DNA of 64,000 nucleotides. Origin: Macrostomum lignano (lineage: Eukaryota). The stretch lies in contig NIVC01000636.1 in assembly GCA_002269645.1 (NCBI GenBank), positions 271,646-335,645 on the forward strand, written 5' to 3'. Under the pieces are notes generated by a model that did no database searches, was not told where the DNA came from, and saw only the letters and a list, made by a program, of their open reading frames with translations. Below are positions 12,001 to 25,406 of the stretch, in pieces. Position 1 is the stretch's first letter. The number at the start of each line of letters is the position of its first letter. Position numbers and translations under genes: made by a program.

Positions 12001-14144
12001 GGTGCAGGCGGCCAGGGACAGGTAGGTGTTGATCACCGCCCGGTGCTTGTCGTCTCCCGAGGCCAGGCCGGCGTTGAAACTCGGCCAGTACAGCCACAGA
12101 AAGATGGTGCCTGCGGAAGTGAATGAGTGAGTGAGTGAGTGAGTGAGTGAGTGAGTGTGTGAGTGAGTGAGTGAGTGAGTGAGTGAGTGAGTGAGTGAGT
12201 GAGTGAGTGAGTGAGTGAGTGAGTGAGTGAGTGAGTGTGTGAGTGAATGAGTGAGTGAGTGAGTGTGTGAGTGAGTGAGTGAGTGAGTGAGTGAGTGAGT
12301 GAGTGAGTGAGTGAGTGAGTGAGTGAGTGAGTGAGTGAGTGAGTGAGTGAGTGAGTGAGTGAGTGAGTGAGTGAGTGAGTGATCTCAGCTCACCGATCAT
12401 GGCGAACAGGTCGCTGCTGTAGCCCGAATGGTCGTTGCTGTTCTTGCCGTCGCCCGGCGCGGTCAGCGCCTTGGAGGCGGCGATGCCGAAGTAGGCGCCG
12501 AACACGTGGACAAACATGCTGCCGCCCATGTCCGCGGCCTGGGGATTTTATTGGGATTTGTCAGCGGAACGAGCCTTGACTGCCGCCTCCCCACAGGCTT
12601 CCGGCCGATTGTCGCCATGATCGCCCAGAACCCCCCCCCGCGAACTGAGCAGCACATTGCTGATGAATCGCTCAGATGCAACCCTTCATACCTTGAATAT
12701 GTATAGGCCAACATATTCGTTAGCAACAAAGATGGGGATCTCGACAAGCGACAGCACGAGACACTGCAGTGGCGACAGCCGGCCCAGCATCGCGCCGAAG
12801 GAAATCAGCACGGCGGCGCAAGCGAAGTCGGCAGCCAGCAGTCTGGAGGATTTCGAAGGGGGTATTTTGATGGCTGCAGTGAATATGCCTGCTACACTAC
12901 TCATAACTGGATAGTAGAGTAGTGCGAACTAATTTTTTCATGCAAATTTATTAGGTTTATATCCCACTGCACGTAAGTTAAAAAACACCACCCTGACCCT
13001 AACCCTAACCCTGACCCTAACCCTGACTCATTTCAGCCACGTCTGGGTCACAGCTCACCCCTGAATATCGATGCTGAACTTGGCATCCTTCAGGTGGAAG
13101 AACCCGTTTACCAGCATGCCCCACTGGATGACCAGCGCGGAGATGAGCATGTTGAGGCCTACGCTGCAGAAGCCGTACCACTTCAGGAAGGTCATGAGGA
13201 ACCCGAAGCCGGCGAATATCATCACGTGGACGTCCTGAAACACTGGAAGTTTTATATGGAAGACTATCATATGGAGGTTATTGAGGAGTGACTAGAGATA
13301 GGGCGACCAGACTACCGGGAGGTGACCAGATCACCGGGGAGGTAACCACACTATCGGGGAGGAGAAGGAGACCAGACTACCGGGGAGGTGACCAGACTAC
13401 CGGGAAGGTGACCAGACTACCGGGAAGGTGACCAGACTACCGGGGAGGTGACCAGACTACCGGGGAGGGGACCAGACTACCGGGGAGGTGACCAGACTAC
13501 CGGAGGGGTGACCAGACTACCGGGGTGGTGACCAGACTACCGGGGAGGTGACCAGACTACCGGGGAGGTGACCAGACTACCGGAGGGGTGACCAGACTAC
13601 CGGGAGGTGACCAGACTACCGGAGGGGTGACCAGACTACCGGGGAGGTGACCAGACTACCGGGGAGGTGACCAGACTACCGGGAGGTGACCAGACTACCG
13701 GAGGGGTGACCAGACTACCGGGGAGGTGACCAGACTACCGGGGAGGTGACCAGACTACCGGGGAGGTGACCAGACTACCGGGGAGGTGACCAGACTACCG
13801 GGGAGGTGACCAGACTACCGGGGAGGTGACCAGACTACCGGGAGGTGACCAGACTACCGGGGAGGTGACCAGACTACCGGGGAGGTGACCAGACTACCGA
13901 GGAAGCGACAACGTCGCATTAAATCCCATCAATCCAGCCTTCAGAGCCCCGTGCGCTCACTCGGGTAGTTCGGTCCCAGGCTGTTCTCAGCGCCCACCTC
14001 CGCCGGTCTGAGCCGTCCGGTTGCGTTGCCCCACAGCCCGGCGTCCGCCTGCTCGTCGTACTTGGCGAATGCGGCAAACAGCGCCACAAAAAGCGCCTGC
14101 AGGGCCAGCGCCACGGCGCCGAATTTTGCGTTACCGAATTCCAT
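9054..14144 (-). CDS. Rh50: Rh-family (Rh50, RhAG/RhBG/RhCG-like) ammonium transporter, ~480 aa
   Basis: Eight GT-AG exons with consistent phases: 14144-13961, 13242-13059, 12842-12692, 12538-12394, 12110-11812, 11134-11004, 9800-9610, 9211-9054 (1443 nt). Rh motifs: [102 protein letters not shown]. Confidence 0.96.
9300..9600. repeat. 39-bp minisatellite in Rh intron 7
   Basis: AGCCATCCCAGAGCACAGGGCTGAGCAGCAGGGCAGGTC, about 8 copies. Confidence 0.9.
9819..10245. repeat. 20-bp minisatellite in Rh intron 6 (GGGTCCGTGGGTGAGTTTAT)
   Basis: Tandem units abutting the acceptor, degenerating leftward on the minus strand. Confidence 0.9.
10672..10845. repeat. 20-21-bp minisatellite (TGGGATCTGGATCCAAATGA) in Rh intron 6
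   Basis: Visible tandem units. Confidence 0.85.
11300..11750. repeat. (AAATCCCAGATCCC)n repeat in Rh intron 5
   Basis: Two blocks of 7/14-bp units. Confidence 0.85.
12121..12381. repeat. (GAGT)n microsatellite filling Rh intron 4
   Basis: Direct observation. Confidence 0.97.
13305..13900. repeat. 20-bp minisatellite in Rh intron 1 (GGGGAGGTGACCAGACTACC)
   Basis: Direct observation. Confidence 0.93.
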
Positions 14145-14689
14145 CGTTGCTGCCGCGCTGCCGGGGCTCTGCGGTAAAAATGCGAACGACAGAACTGCAC
14201 TGGCAAGAGGCCGACAGACAAATGCGGGCTAAGCTGATTTTATGCAAAAGTCACTGGCCCGCTGGGGCGCCCGGTCGCCCCACCTCCTGCACAGGCGTAC
14301 AAACCCAGGGGCCTTGACATTTCCTGCTCTGTCTGCCCTCAACACCCCTGGCCTGCAGGTCTTTGCTTGGCTTTCAGGTTGACTTTTTCGCTCTGTCTCA
14401 TTGCTTTTGCGCATAAAAAGCAGCCAGCGGGCCTGTCGCTGCTCTGGAGCGCGCCACACCCTAATTTTTGACACACCTCCGAGCACCTGACCTGCTGCTT
14501 GCTCCAATACAGATAGCAGTGCGTTGCAACATGCAAAACGGTGGGAATGATGGAGATTGTTTGGCGCTGACCGAAGAAGTAAAGCCACTTTTAGCTCGAA
14601 TTGTACTCGTAAATAATTACTGGCAAGAGGGTGAAGTTGACCGGAGCTGTGTCCAGTCACGAAGGGAACAAAGGGGAAGAAAGGACAGG

Positions 14690-15525
14690 GGAGATGAAAG
14701 GATAGAGGGGAGAGAGCGAAGAGAGGGAAGAGAGGGGCGAGGTGGGAGAGAGAGGAGAGAAGGAAGAGAGGGAAGAGAGGGGAGAGAGAGGAGAGAAGGA
14801 AGAGAGGGAAGAGAGGGAAGAGAGAAGAGAGGGAAGAGAGGGAAGAGAGAAGAGAGGGAAGAGAGGGAAGAGAGAAGAGAGGGAAGAGAGGGAAGAGAGG
14901 GAAGAGAGAAGAGAGGGAAGAGAGGGAAGAGAGAAGAGAGGGAAGAGAGGGAAGAGAGGGAAGAGAGGGAAGAGAGGGAAGAGAGGAGAGAGAGGGAAGA
15001 GAGGGAAGAGAGGGAAGAGAGGGAAGAGAGGAAAGAGAGGAGAGAAGAGAGGGAAGAGAGGGGAAAGAGGGGGGAGATGGGAGAGAGAGGAGAGAAGGAA
15101 GAGAGGGGAGAGAAGGAAGAGAGGGAAGAGAGGGAAGAGAGGGAAGAGAGGGAAGAGAGGGAAGAGAGGGAAGATAGGGAAGAGAGGGAAGAGAGGGAAG
15201 AGAGGGAAGAGAGGGAAGAGAGGGAAGAGAGGGAAGAGAGGGAAGAGAGGGAAGAGAGGGAAGAGAGGGAAGAGAGGGAAGAGAGGGAAGAGAGGGAAGA
15301 GAGGGAAGAGAGGGAAGAGAGGGAAGAGAGGGAAGAGAGGGAAGAGAGGGAAGAGAGGGAAGAGAGGGAAGAGAGGAAGAGAGGGAAGAGAGGGAAGAGA
15401 GGGAAGAGAGGGAAGAGAGGGAAGAGAGGGAAGAGAGGAGAGAGAGGGAAGAGAGGGAAGAGAGGAGAGAGAGGGAAGAGAGGGAAGAGAGAGAAGAGAG
15501 GAAAGAGAGGGAAGAGGGGAGAGGC
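14690..15525. repeat. GA-rich 9-bp satellite (GAGGGAAGA)n
   Basis: Direct observation; source of the spurious ERE/KRG/SLP ORFs. Confidence 0.93.
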
Positions 15526-16199
15526 AGAGTGTGGAGCAGAGAGATATGAAATCGAAGAGCACTGAGCAAATAATTGAGGTGATGGCAGAAGCAGATAAGT
15601 TTGCAGCTAATTTGATCAGCTCTAAAAGCTCTCCCTCTACTCAAAACTCCCAGGTCCAAGGCGGAACCGGTCAGGTGGCCGCAGCAACTGCTCTGCAGTC
15701 GGGGCCACCGCTATCTCTGTTATCTGTCTTGTAGTTTTTCAGCTGGACTTTATCAGAAGATTTTGTGCAAACTGAAATCTAAAGAAGCGCTTTATTGCTT
15801 TCGCAATAAAAGCAACAGCGAGGCTCCCTTGCTGATAGCTGCTTCTGGGGAGCTCCGAAAACTTTGCAGCACGCATGCTGTTTAAGACAACAAAGAGGGT
15901 ATTATAAGCGTTGAAATATTGACATTTGACATCGGGGCAAAGCGGTGGATTAAGCGGAGGGGGGCACAGCTGATCCTTCCGGGCAGATCCCCCACAAGAA
16001 GAAAAAGCAAGGCAGTTCTTTAAGCCTGAGTGGCAGCGGGGCTGCACGGGAACTGCACGCAAGGGCGGCTCTGGCTGCTTGGATCCGGCTTTCGGGCTGA
16101 CTGGAAAGACAGGCTGAGACTGAGTTGCTGTTCACCTGGCCTTGTGCCGCCGCTTGTGGTGGGCCAGCACAGACTTTTGTATTTTGTTTCTTCCTGGAT

Positions 16200-17085
16200 T
16201 GTTTGACTCATGGGCTGTTTGAGTCATGGACGGTTTGAGTCATGGATTGTTTGAGTCATGGATTGCTTGAGTCATGGACTGGTTGAGCCTTGGATTGTTT
16301 GAGTCATGGATTGTTTGAGTCATGGGCTGTTTGAGTCATGGATTGTTTGAGCCATGGGCTGTTTGAGTCATGGACTGTTTGAGTCATGGACGGTTTGAGT
16401 CATGGACTGTTTGAGTCATGGACGGTTTGAGTCATGGACTGTTTGAGTCATGGGCTGTTTGAGTCATGGGCTGTTTGAGTCATGGACTGTTTGAGTCATG
16501 GATTGTTTGAGTCATGGATTGTTTGAGTCATGGGCTGTCTGAGTCATGGACGGTTTGAGTCATGGATTGTTTGAGTCATGGATTGTTTGAGCCATGGGCT
16601 GTTTGAGTCATGGGCTGTTTGAGTCATGGGCTGTTTGAGTCATGGACTGTTTGAGTCATGGATTGTTTGAGTCATGGATTGTTTGAGTCATGGACTGTTT
16701 TAGTCGTGGATTGTTTGAGTCATGGACTGTTTGAGTCATGGATTGTTTGAGTCATGGACTGTTTGAGTCATGGATTGTTTGAGTCATGGACTGTTTGAGT
16801 CATGGATTGTCTGAGTCATGGACGGTTTGAGTCATGGATTGTTTGAGTCATGGATTGTTTGAGCCATGGGCTGTTTGAGTCATGGGCTGTTTGAGTCATG
16901 GGCTGTTTGAGTCATGGACTGTTTGAGTCATGGATTGTTTGAGTCATGGGCTGTTTGAGTCATGGATTGTTTGAGTCATGGACTGTTTGAGTCATGGACT
17001 GTTTGAGTCATGGGCTGTTTGAGTCATGGACGGTTTGAGTCATGGACTGTTTGAGTCATGGATTGTTTGAGTCATGGGCTGTCAT
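16200..17085. repeat. 16-bp minisatellite (GTTTGAGTCATGGACT)
   Basis: Direct observation. Confidence 0.95.
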
Positions 17086-17479
17086 AGGCATCCTTCATAA
17101 CGAAGCTGCTCTAATTTACAAAAAAATTATGAGTTTCTTTTCAAAAAAGATCACAAAACCCGAGCAGGCTACTTGAGCAGTAGTGCTGCTCATACAGTGT
17201 TAAAATTTGTGCAGAATTTCGGTCTCAGCTCTCGGGTTTCAGGAAGAGGGCGAGAAGAAAAGAGGAGGCTGATGGGAGATGGCCGGAGGAAAGGGAGGGC
17301 ATCGCTGAGCAAACAAAAAGCTTAGAAATGAGGGCGGAAATCTAAAGAAATGCGCTGATTGCACTGAATAGAGGTGGGGCTGAGTCTTCCTGCTGGCATT
17401 CATCACTGGAGCGCCTTTGCTTGGATTGAAGAGCCTTTGAAAGAGAATTGCGACATTGAAGCATTGCACCATTAGGCAG

Positions 17480-18825
17480 GATACCCGCCATCTATCAAGA
17501 AGATACCCGCCATTCACCGAGAAGATACCCGCCATCTATCAAGAAGATACCCGCCATTCGCCGAGAAGATACCCGCCGTCTATCAAGAAGATACCCGCCA
17601 TTCACCAAGAAGATACCCGCCATTCGCCGAGAAGATACCCGCCGTCTATCAAGAAGATACCCGCCATTCACCAAGAAGATACCTGCTATCTATTAAGAAG
17701 ATACCCGCCATCCATTAAGAAGATACCCGCCATCCATTAAGAAGATACCCGCCATTCATTAAGAAGATACCCGCCATCCATCAAGAAGATACCCGCCATC
17801 CATCAAGAAGATACCCGCTATCCATCAAGAAGATACCCGCCATCCATCAAGAAGATACCCGCCATTCATTAAGAAGATACCCGCCATCCATTAAGAAGAT
17901 ACCCGCCATCCATTAAGAAGATACCCGCCATCCATTAAGAAGATACCCGCCATCCATTAAGAAGATACCCGCCATCCATTAAGAAGATACCCGCTATCCA
18001 TCAAGAAGATACCCGCCATCCATCAAGAAGATACCCGCCATCCATCAAGAAGATACCCGCCATCCATTAAGAAGATACCCGCCATCCATCAAGAAGATAC
18101 CCGCCATCCATCAATAAGATACCCGCCATCCATCAAGAAGATACCCGCTATCCATCAAGAAGATACCTGCCATCCATCAAGAAGATACCCGCCATCCATC
18201 AAGAAGATACCCGCCATTCATCAAGAAGATACCTGCCATCCATCAAGAAGATACCCGCCATCCATCAAGAAGATACCCGCCATCCATCAAGAAGATACCC
18301 GCCATCCATCAAGAAGATACCCGCCATCCATCAAGAAGATACCCGCCATCCATCAAGAAGATACCCGCCATCCATCAAGAAGATATCCGCCATCCATCAA
18401 GAAGATACCCGCCATCCATCAAGAAGATACCCGCCATCCATCAAGAAGATACCCGCCATCCATCAAGAAGATATCCGTCATCCATCAAGAAGATACCCGC
18501 CATCCATCAAGAAGATACCCGCCATCCATCAAGAAGATACCCGCCATCCATCAAGAAGATACCCGCCATCCATCAAGAAGATACCCGCCATCCATCAAGA
18601 AGATACCCGCCATCCATCAAGAAGATACCCGCCATCCATCAAGAAGATACCCGCCATCCATCAAGAAGATACCCGCCATCCATCAAGAAGATACCCGCCA
18701 TCCATCAAGAAGATACCCGCCATCCATCAAGAAGATACCCGCCATCCATCAAGAAGATACCCGCCATCCATCAAGAAGATACCCGCCATCCATCAAGAAG
18801 ATACCCGCCATCCATCAAGAAGATG
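17480..18825. repeat. 22-bp minisatellite (AAGAAGATACCCGCCATCCATC)
   Basis: Direct observation; left end more diverged than right end. Confidence 0.95.
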
Positions 18826-20385
18826 AATTCATTCTGATGCTGAAGAAATCCCCTGATAATTAGTTGATGTTTGCGGCCGCGCTGAGGTCTCACTTAAAAA
18901 ATTGGGCAGTAAAAGTGCGCCCACGAGCGGCATTGTTTGCTTTCATCTCTGCCGCTTTGAGACTGGCCGCTTCAAAGGCAGAAGCCTCCCTTTGAGAGAT
19001 AAAGTAGAGGGAGGGATGGGGGCAGCGCAGGCCGGTCCGCAGCGGTGGGAGCATCCTCGGCAGCAGAATATTTTTAATATACCATTGGTTTTTCTGACTC
19101 CGGCTTATCTGCCAGGCCTCCCCATTGTTTACCCAAGGCCAAGCTGCGAGCTCGGGACCCACCAGACCATGACTGCCGCATCCCAGCAGAAGTTGCCAGA
19201 TGGCATATCCATCGAGATGCACTGGGGTGGGGGGGGGGGCAATCCCGAGCCAGGGAGATCCCCGAACCGGAGTCTGGAGCAGTAAGTCTCCGCCAACTCT
19301 TCACGATGAGTCATCAAAAACTTATTCAACTAGAAGAAGAGCGGCTGGACTCGCACCAATGAGGACCCTCAAGGCACAGAGAGTGCACCTGCGTGACGAT
19401 GGAACTACCTGCCTGGTTGCGGGATGATGTCGCCGAAGGCCTGCGAAGATTTCCTACGAAACGAAGTTCCCTGTTCTAGTTGACACAGACAGCGGCTTTC
19501 TGCCTATCATTGAGTTCTGCTCAGTTCAGCGTCTGAAAATGAAACTGGGGGAAGGCCCGCCACTCCGCACCCTCGTTCAAGGACTCCTTGACCCGGCCAC
19601 CCCCGGCCAAGCCCCGGACAAGCCCCGGACAAAAACTTACCAAAGTCACGCGCAGCGGCTGAGCTCGGATCGCCAGGCTGGCGGGCAGTGACATCGTAGG
19701 TCAAGAGAGCCGCAGACCGGGCGCAACTCGCTGCTCACTGAGTGAGGGAAGTCGGATCGCATTTTATAATCAGTTCGGACTCGAAGGTGGAAAATCCCCC
19801 CCCCCAATTCCCCAAGGTGCACATCGGCAATATTCGAATTCGATTGCCCTGTTCCACCTTGGCTGGGCGAGGCCCCGCACTCCGCTCTAAGTGCTTAGTC
19901 TGGTTGCCGGGGGCGGTGGGAGGGCGGAACTCGCCTGTCAGCAGCTGCGCGGGCTGAGTTCTCCGCTGCTGCTTTAGCCTTGGCTGAGCTGATCCCAGAT
20001 GAGGCGGAGATGGAGGCTGGGTAATGCGGGAAGGGGCTGCAACTCGACCCCGCAGCAGCGGCAGCAGCAATTTTGCGCCTGAAGACCTCAGAGACGCGCG
20101 AGTGATCGGGACGGGGGGTCGACCGCTTGCTAGGCAGCTTGATGAGGCTTCATCTCGCGCCCAGACTCCTTCCCTACGCCCTGGCTCACCTTGGCACGCC
20201 ATGCTTGTCACGGCGGCTTTTTGATACTCAATGCCACTTCGGGCTGCCCGGGCATCGCGTGACGCCCCGGCTTCTCCGGGAGACGCTCGGCTGGCAGCCC
20301 CCCCCACCCAGATTTTACCGAGCCTGCCTGTCTTTCAGTTGCGCCACTTTCTGCAGCCCTGGCTTGCCTTCTGAAGCTCGCTTGA

Positions 20386-20895
20386 GGGAATCTTGCTTGA
20401 GGGAATCTTGCTTAAGGGAATCTTGCTTGAGGGAATCTTGCTTGAGGGAATCTTGCTTGAGGGAATCTTGCTTGAGGGAATCTTGCTTGAGGGAATCTTG
20501 CTTGAGGGAATCTTGTTTCAGGGAATCTTGCTTGAGGAAATCTTGCTTGAGGGAATCTTGCTTGAGGGAATCTTGCTTGAGGGAATCTTGCTTGAGGGAA
20601 TCTTGCTTGAGGGAATCTTGCTTGAGGGAATCTTGCTTGAGGGAATCTTGCTTGAGGGAATCTTGCTTGAGGGAATCTTGTTTCAGGGAATCTTGCTTGA
20701 GGAAATCTTGCTTGAGGGAATCTTGCTTGAGGGAATCTTGTTTCAGGGAATCTTGCTTGAGGGAATCTTGCTTGAGGGAATCTTGCTTGAGGGAATCTTG
20801 CTTGAGGGAATCTTGTTTCAGGGAATCTTGCTTGAGGGAATCTTGCTTGGGGGAATCTTGCTTGGGGGAATCTTGCTTGAGGGAATCTTGCTTGA
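20386..20895. repeat. 15-bp minisatellite (GGGAATCTTGCTTGA)
   Basis: Direct observation. Confidence 0.95.
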
Positions 20896-20951
20896 AATAA
20901 TCTTTATCAGGAATCTTCTTGAAGAAATCTTCAAGGGAATCATGCTTATTC

Positions 20952-21737
<786 letters not shown>

Positions 21738-22419
21738 GAACTGGTGGGCCATGAGCAGCGCAGGGATGGACAGAGGAGGGGGCGCGCATTCAAATCGATT
21801 TATTCGCAACGCACAGCACGGAACCTGCAGGGTCAGAGAGCGCAGTTGAGCAGAGGGGGGGGGGGGTTCTGCTCGAATTCCCCCGGCTGAGATCGAAGAT
21901 TAATTTGGCTTCGACGGCCGGGCGACCGGGAGGCGCGAGGCCCGGAACGGGAAACTTCTTTGACTTCTGGCCTCCCCTCTCGGCCCTCTCCGAACAGGAA
22001 AGCCGGGCCTGCTGCGCACTCGGGCTCGAATTTTCGTCTCAAATCTGAGGTTCGATATTTACGGGTGTTGTGCACTTTTGAGTAGAGCAGCCTCTGCCCT
22101 GGAGACCGGTGGCTAGACGGAAGGACTCACTGAGGCTCTCCATCAGGGCAGCTTACGCTCGTATGACAGCTTAGTGATTGATTGATTGACAGCCTGGGGT
22201 CAGCTGCAATAGGAAAAATATTTAGAGTCGTCCGAAAGAATTTTGGGAAATTGTGACTGTATTGGTTCTCAACTATTCCCCCGAAGACACGCCCTCTTCC
22301 TCGTGCTGAATGCCCCCCCCCCCGAAAAAATTCCTGGTTGGGCGCAACACTGGATCTTCGCACGCACGAAGCACCCCTATTTTTCTAGATCCTATCAGTG
22401 TACATAGTATTGACTCATT

Positions 22420-23340
22420 GGCCCAGCAGTGTACAAAGACACAAGGGCCCAGCAATGTACATACACACAAAGACACATGTACATAGACACATACACAAGG
22501 GCCCAGCAATGTACATAGACACAAAGACACAATGTACATAGACACATACACAAGGGCCCAGCAATGTACATAGACACAAAGACACAAGAGCCCAGCAATG
22601 TACATTGACACAAAGACACAAGAGCCCAGCAATGTACATAGACACAAAGACACAATGTACATTGACACAAAGATACAAGAGCCCAGCAATGTACATTGAC
22701 ACAAAGACACAAGAGCCCAGCAATGTACATTGACACAAAGACACAAGAGCCCAGCAATGTACATTGACACAAAGACACAAGAGCCCAGCAATGTACATAG
22801 ACACAAAGACACAATGTACATTGACACAAAGACACAAGAGCCCAGCAATGTACATTGACACAAAGACACAAGAGCCCAGCAATGTACATTGACACAAAGA
22901 TACAAGAGCCCAGCAATGTACATTGACACAAAGACACAAGAGCCCAGCAATGTACATAGACACAAAGACACAATGTACATTGACACAAAGACACAAGAGC
23001 CCAGCAATGTACATTGACACAAAGACACAAGAGCCCAGCAATGTACATTGACACAAAGACACAAGAGCCCAGCAATGTACATTGACACAAAGACACAAGA
23101 GCCCAGCAATGTACATTGACACAAAGACACAAGAGCCCAGCAATGTACATAGACACAAAGACACAATGTACATTGACACAAAGACACAAGAGCCCAGCAA
23201 TGTACATTGACACAAAGACACAAGAGCCCAGCAATGTACATTGACACAAAGATACAAGAGCCCAGCAATGTACATATACACAAAAGTTCAGCAATGTACA
23301 TAAACCCTTTAGCCCAGCAACATACTTCAATACATAGACC
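22420..23340. repeat. 34-bp minisatellite (GCCCAGCAATGTACATTGACACAAAGACACAAGA) with shorter variants
   Basis: Direct observation. Confidence 0.92.
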
Positions 23341-24584
23341 CAAGAGCCCAGTAAATGTGCATAGACCCCTTATTTATCACGATAGATAAGAAGGCTTCAT
23401 CCCTTTTCACCTTTTATTGGTTTTTACTAGCATGTATTGAAGCCGAATCTCGGGACAAATGTGATGCAGAACACACAGATATTCAATCTTCTGCTGAGCC
23501 ATAGCCAAAGTGTGCTGGGATTTCACTTCAGAATACTACAGTATAGTCTTCATTCCCAAGCAGATCGAAATGATCCAAGGTGAATTCGTGTAATTTGCAC
23601 GGGAGTGAAAAACGTGTTTTATTAATTTAATGCATAACGTTACTGTAAAAAAATAATTTGATCTTAAGAAGCCTCTGACTTCGTATTTCAAATTTCAAAG
23701 CGAGCTGGAGTCTCTCTTAGATAAATTTTAAGGATTTGTTAATTGAGATTCAAAGCAAAGGCAGTGGAAAATCTCCGGCTTTAATTTTCGGCAAGCGCGC
23801 AAAGAGAGAACTGAGCTTGCCTTATTATTCAGTCTCAGACTCTCTGCGTCATCAGCCACTTCTGGCCGGGACTTGAAAGCTTGAATCAAACAAAGAAGAC
23901 TCAAACGAATTTAGACCCAGGTACAGGTAATGCCAGTCAACCAGACCGGACTCAAAGCTCGTGAGCACCAAGTTATCAATAAATCAATAAGGTGTGAATT
24001 TGAATTGCGATTGTTTTGTTTCATTCAACAAAAATATATATTAGAAAGTTATGAAAGTGATTCCCGGATATATACTTAGAAATACTTGTTTTTGTGTACT
24101 TTTATTTTCAACCGCCGTGATATACTTATCTATCCTGGGTAGAAAAACAAAACTGATTTTTGATTACTGAAACTGGAATTAGCATCCAGCATCTGAGATG
24201 CGGCTGGGTTGCTAGGGCCTACAGACTAATCTTGGTCACAAATCGCTGCAGCACAGCTGAGCTCTGCTCCTGCTCTCACTTTGGCTGATTATCTAACTCA
24301 CTGGCTGAGTCCACACTGAGCTTTCCTTGCCTAATCCCCGGGTGTCTGGGGGAGACTGGGAATAGAGAGGCTGGGCGCCTCATCAGTCGGATTGCGCGCT
24401 GAGGCTGGGACTCGGACAGGAGTTGGCGCTGAACTTTTTTGGCATCCCGATGGGATTCGAGCTCTGACAGCGAGATTCGAGATTTGCTCTGGGGATTTGG
24501 GCTGGAGTGACGGGAGACACGCGGTGAGCATTTGCTCCTGCCGTTCATCAATACAATTTCCCCTTTAATCAGTTGGTTTGTTAA

Positions 24585-24975
24585 TGGGATTGAGATTGAT
24601 CAACTGATCTATGGGTGAGATTGATCAACTGATCTATGGGTGAGATTGATCAACTGATCTATAGGTGAGATTGATCAACTGATCTATAGGTGAGATTGAT
24701 CAACTGATCTATAGGTGAGATTGATCAACTGATCTATAGGTGAGATTGATCAACTGATCTATAGGTGAGATTGATCAACTGATCTATAGGTGAGATTGAT
24801 CAACTGATCTATAGGTGAGATTGATCAACTGATCTATAGGTGAGATTGATCAACTGACATATAGTGAGATTGATCAACTGATCTATAGGTGAGATTGATC
24901 AACTGATCTATAGGTGAGACAGATCAACTGATCTGTAGGTGAGATTGATCAACTGACATATAGGTGAGATTGGTC
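24585..24975. repeat. 25-bp minisatellite (ATAGGTGAGATTGATCAACTGATCT)
   Basis: Direct observation. Confidence 0.92.
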
Positions 24976-25406
24976 AGAACGGATTCATAGGTAAGATGAA
25001 ACTTGATATGAGTGCGAATTTGCTGCCAAAAAATCAAAGCACAAGGCGTCATCAAGTTATAGATGCCAGAGCAGTTAACATTGAAAACGGGGTGTATCAT
25101 TTGCCATCATTTTTTCATTTGCCATCGTTGGCAGCTGAACAGCACTTTCACATGGCAACTGTAGCCGCGGAACCATCGGGTCCTTAGCCAGCCTACGGTA
25201 TCGCGTCATTTTCCAATAAGACATATTCTTGTAACCATAGCAACCCACTGAATTCTACTGACTAATACTTTATACTCGCAGATGTAGGCAGTCGGGTGGG
25301 AGTTTGGGAGATTTTTCCCAGATTTTCACAAAACCGGCCTGGTGTTGGAGGAAATGAGGCGGCAAACAACAAAGTCGGCAGTAACGACTAGCGGGCGGGC
25401 GGCTCG

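Noticed and set aside
14229-15734. ERE/KRG/SLP-rich ORFs of up to 476 aa
   Set aside because: Purine-only 9-bp satellite lacking stop codons by composition.
24585-24975. Regular 25-bp repeats suggesting a CRISPR array
   Set aside because: No spacers and no cas genes; plain minisatellite.
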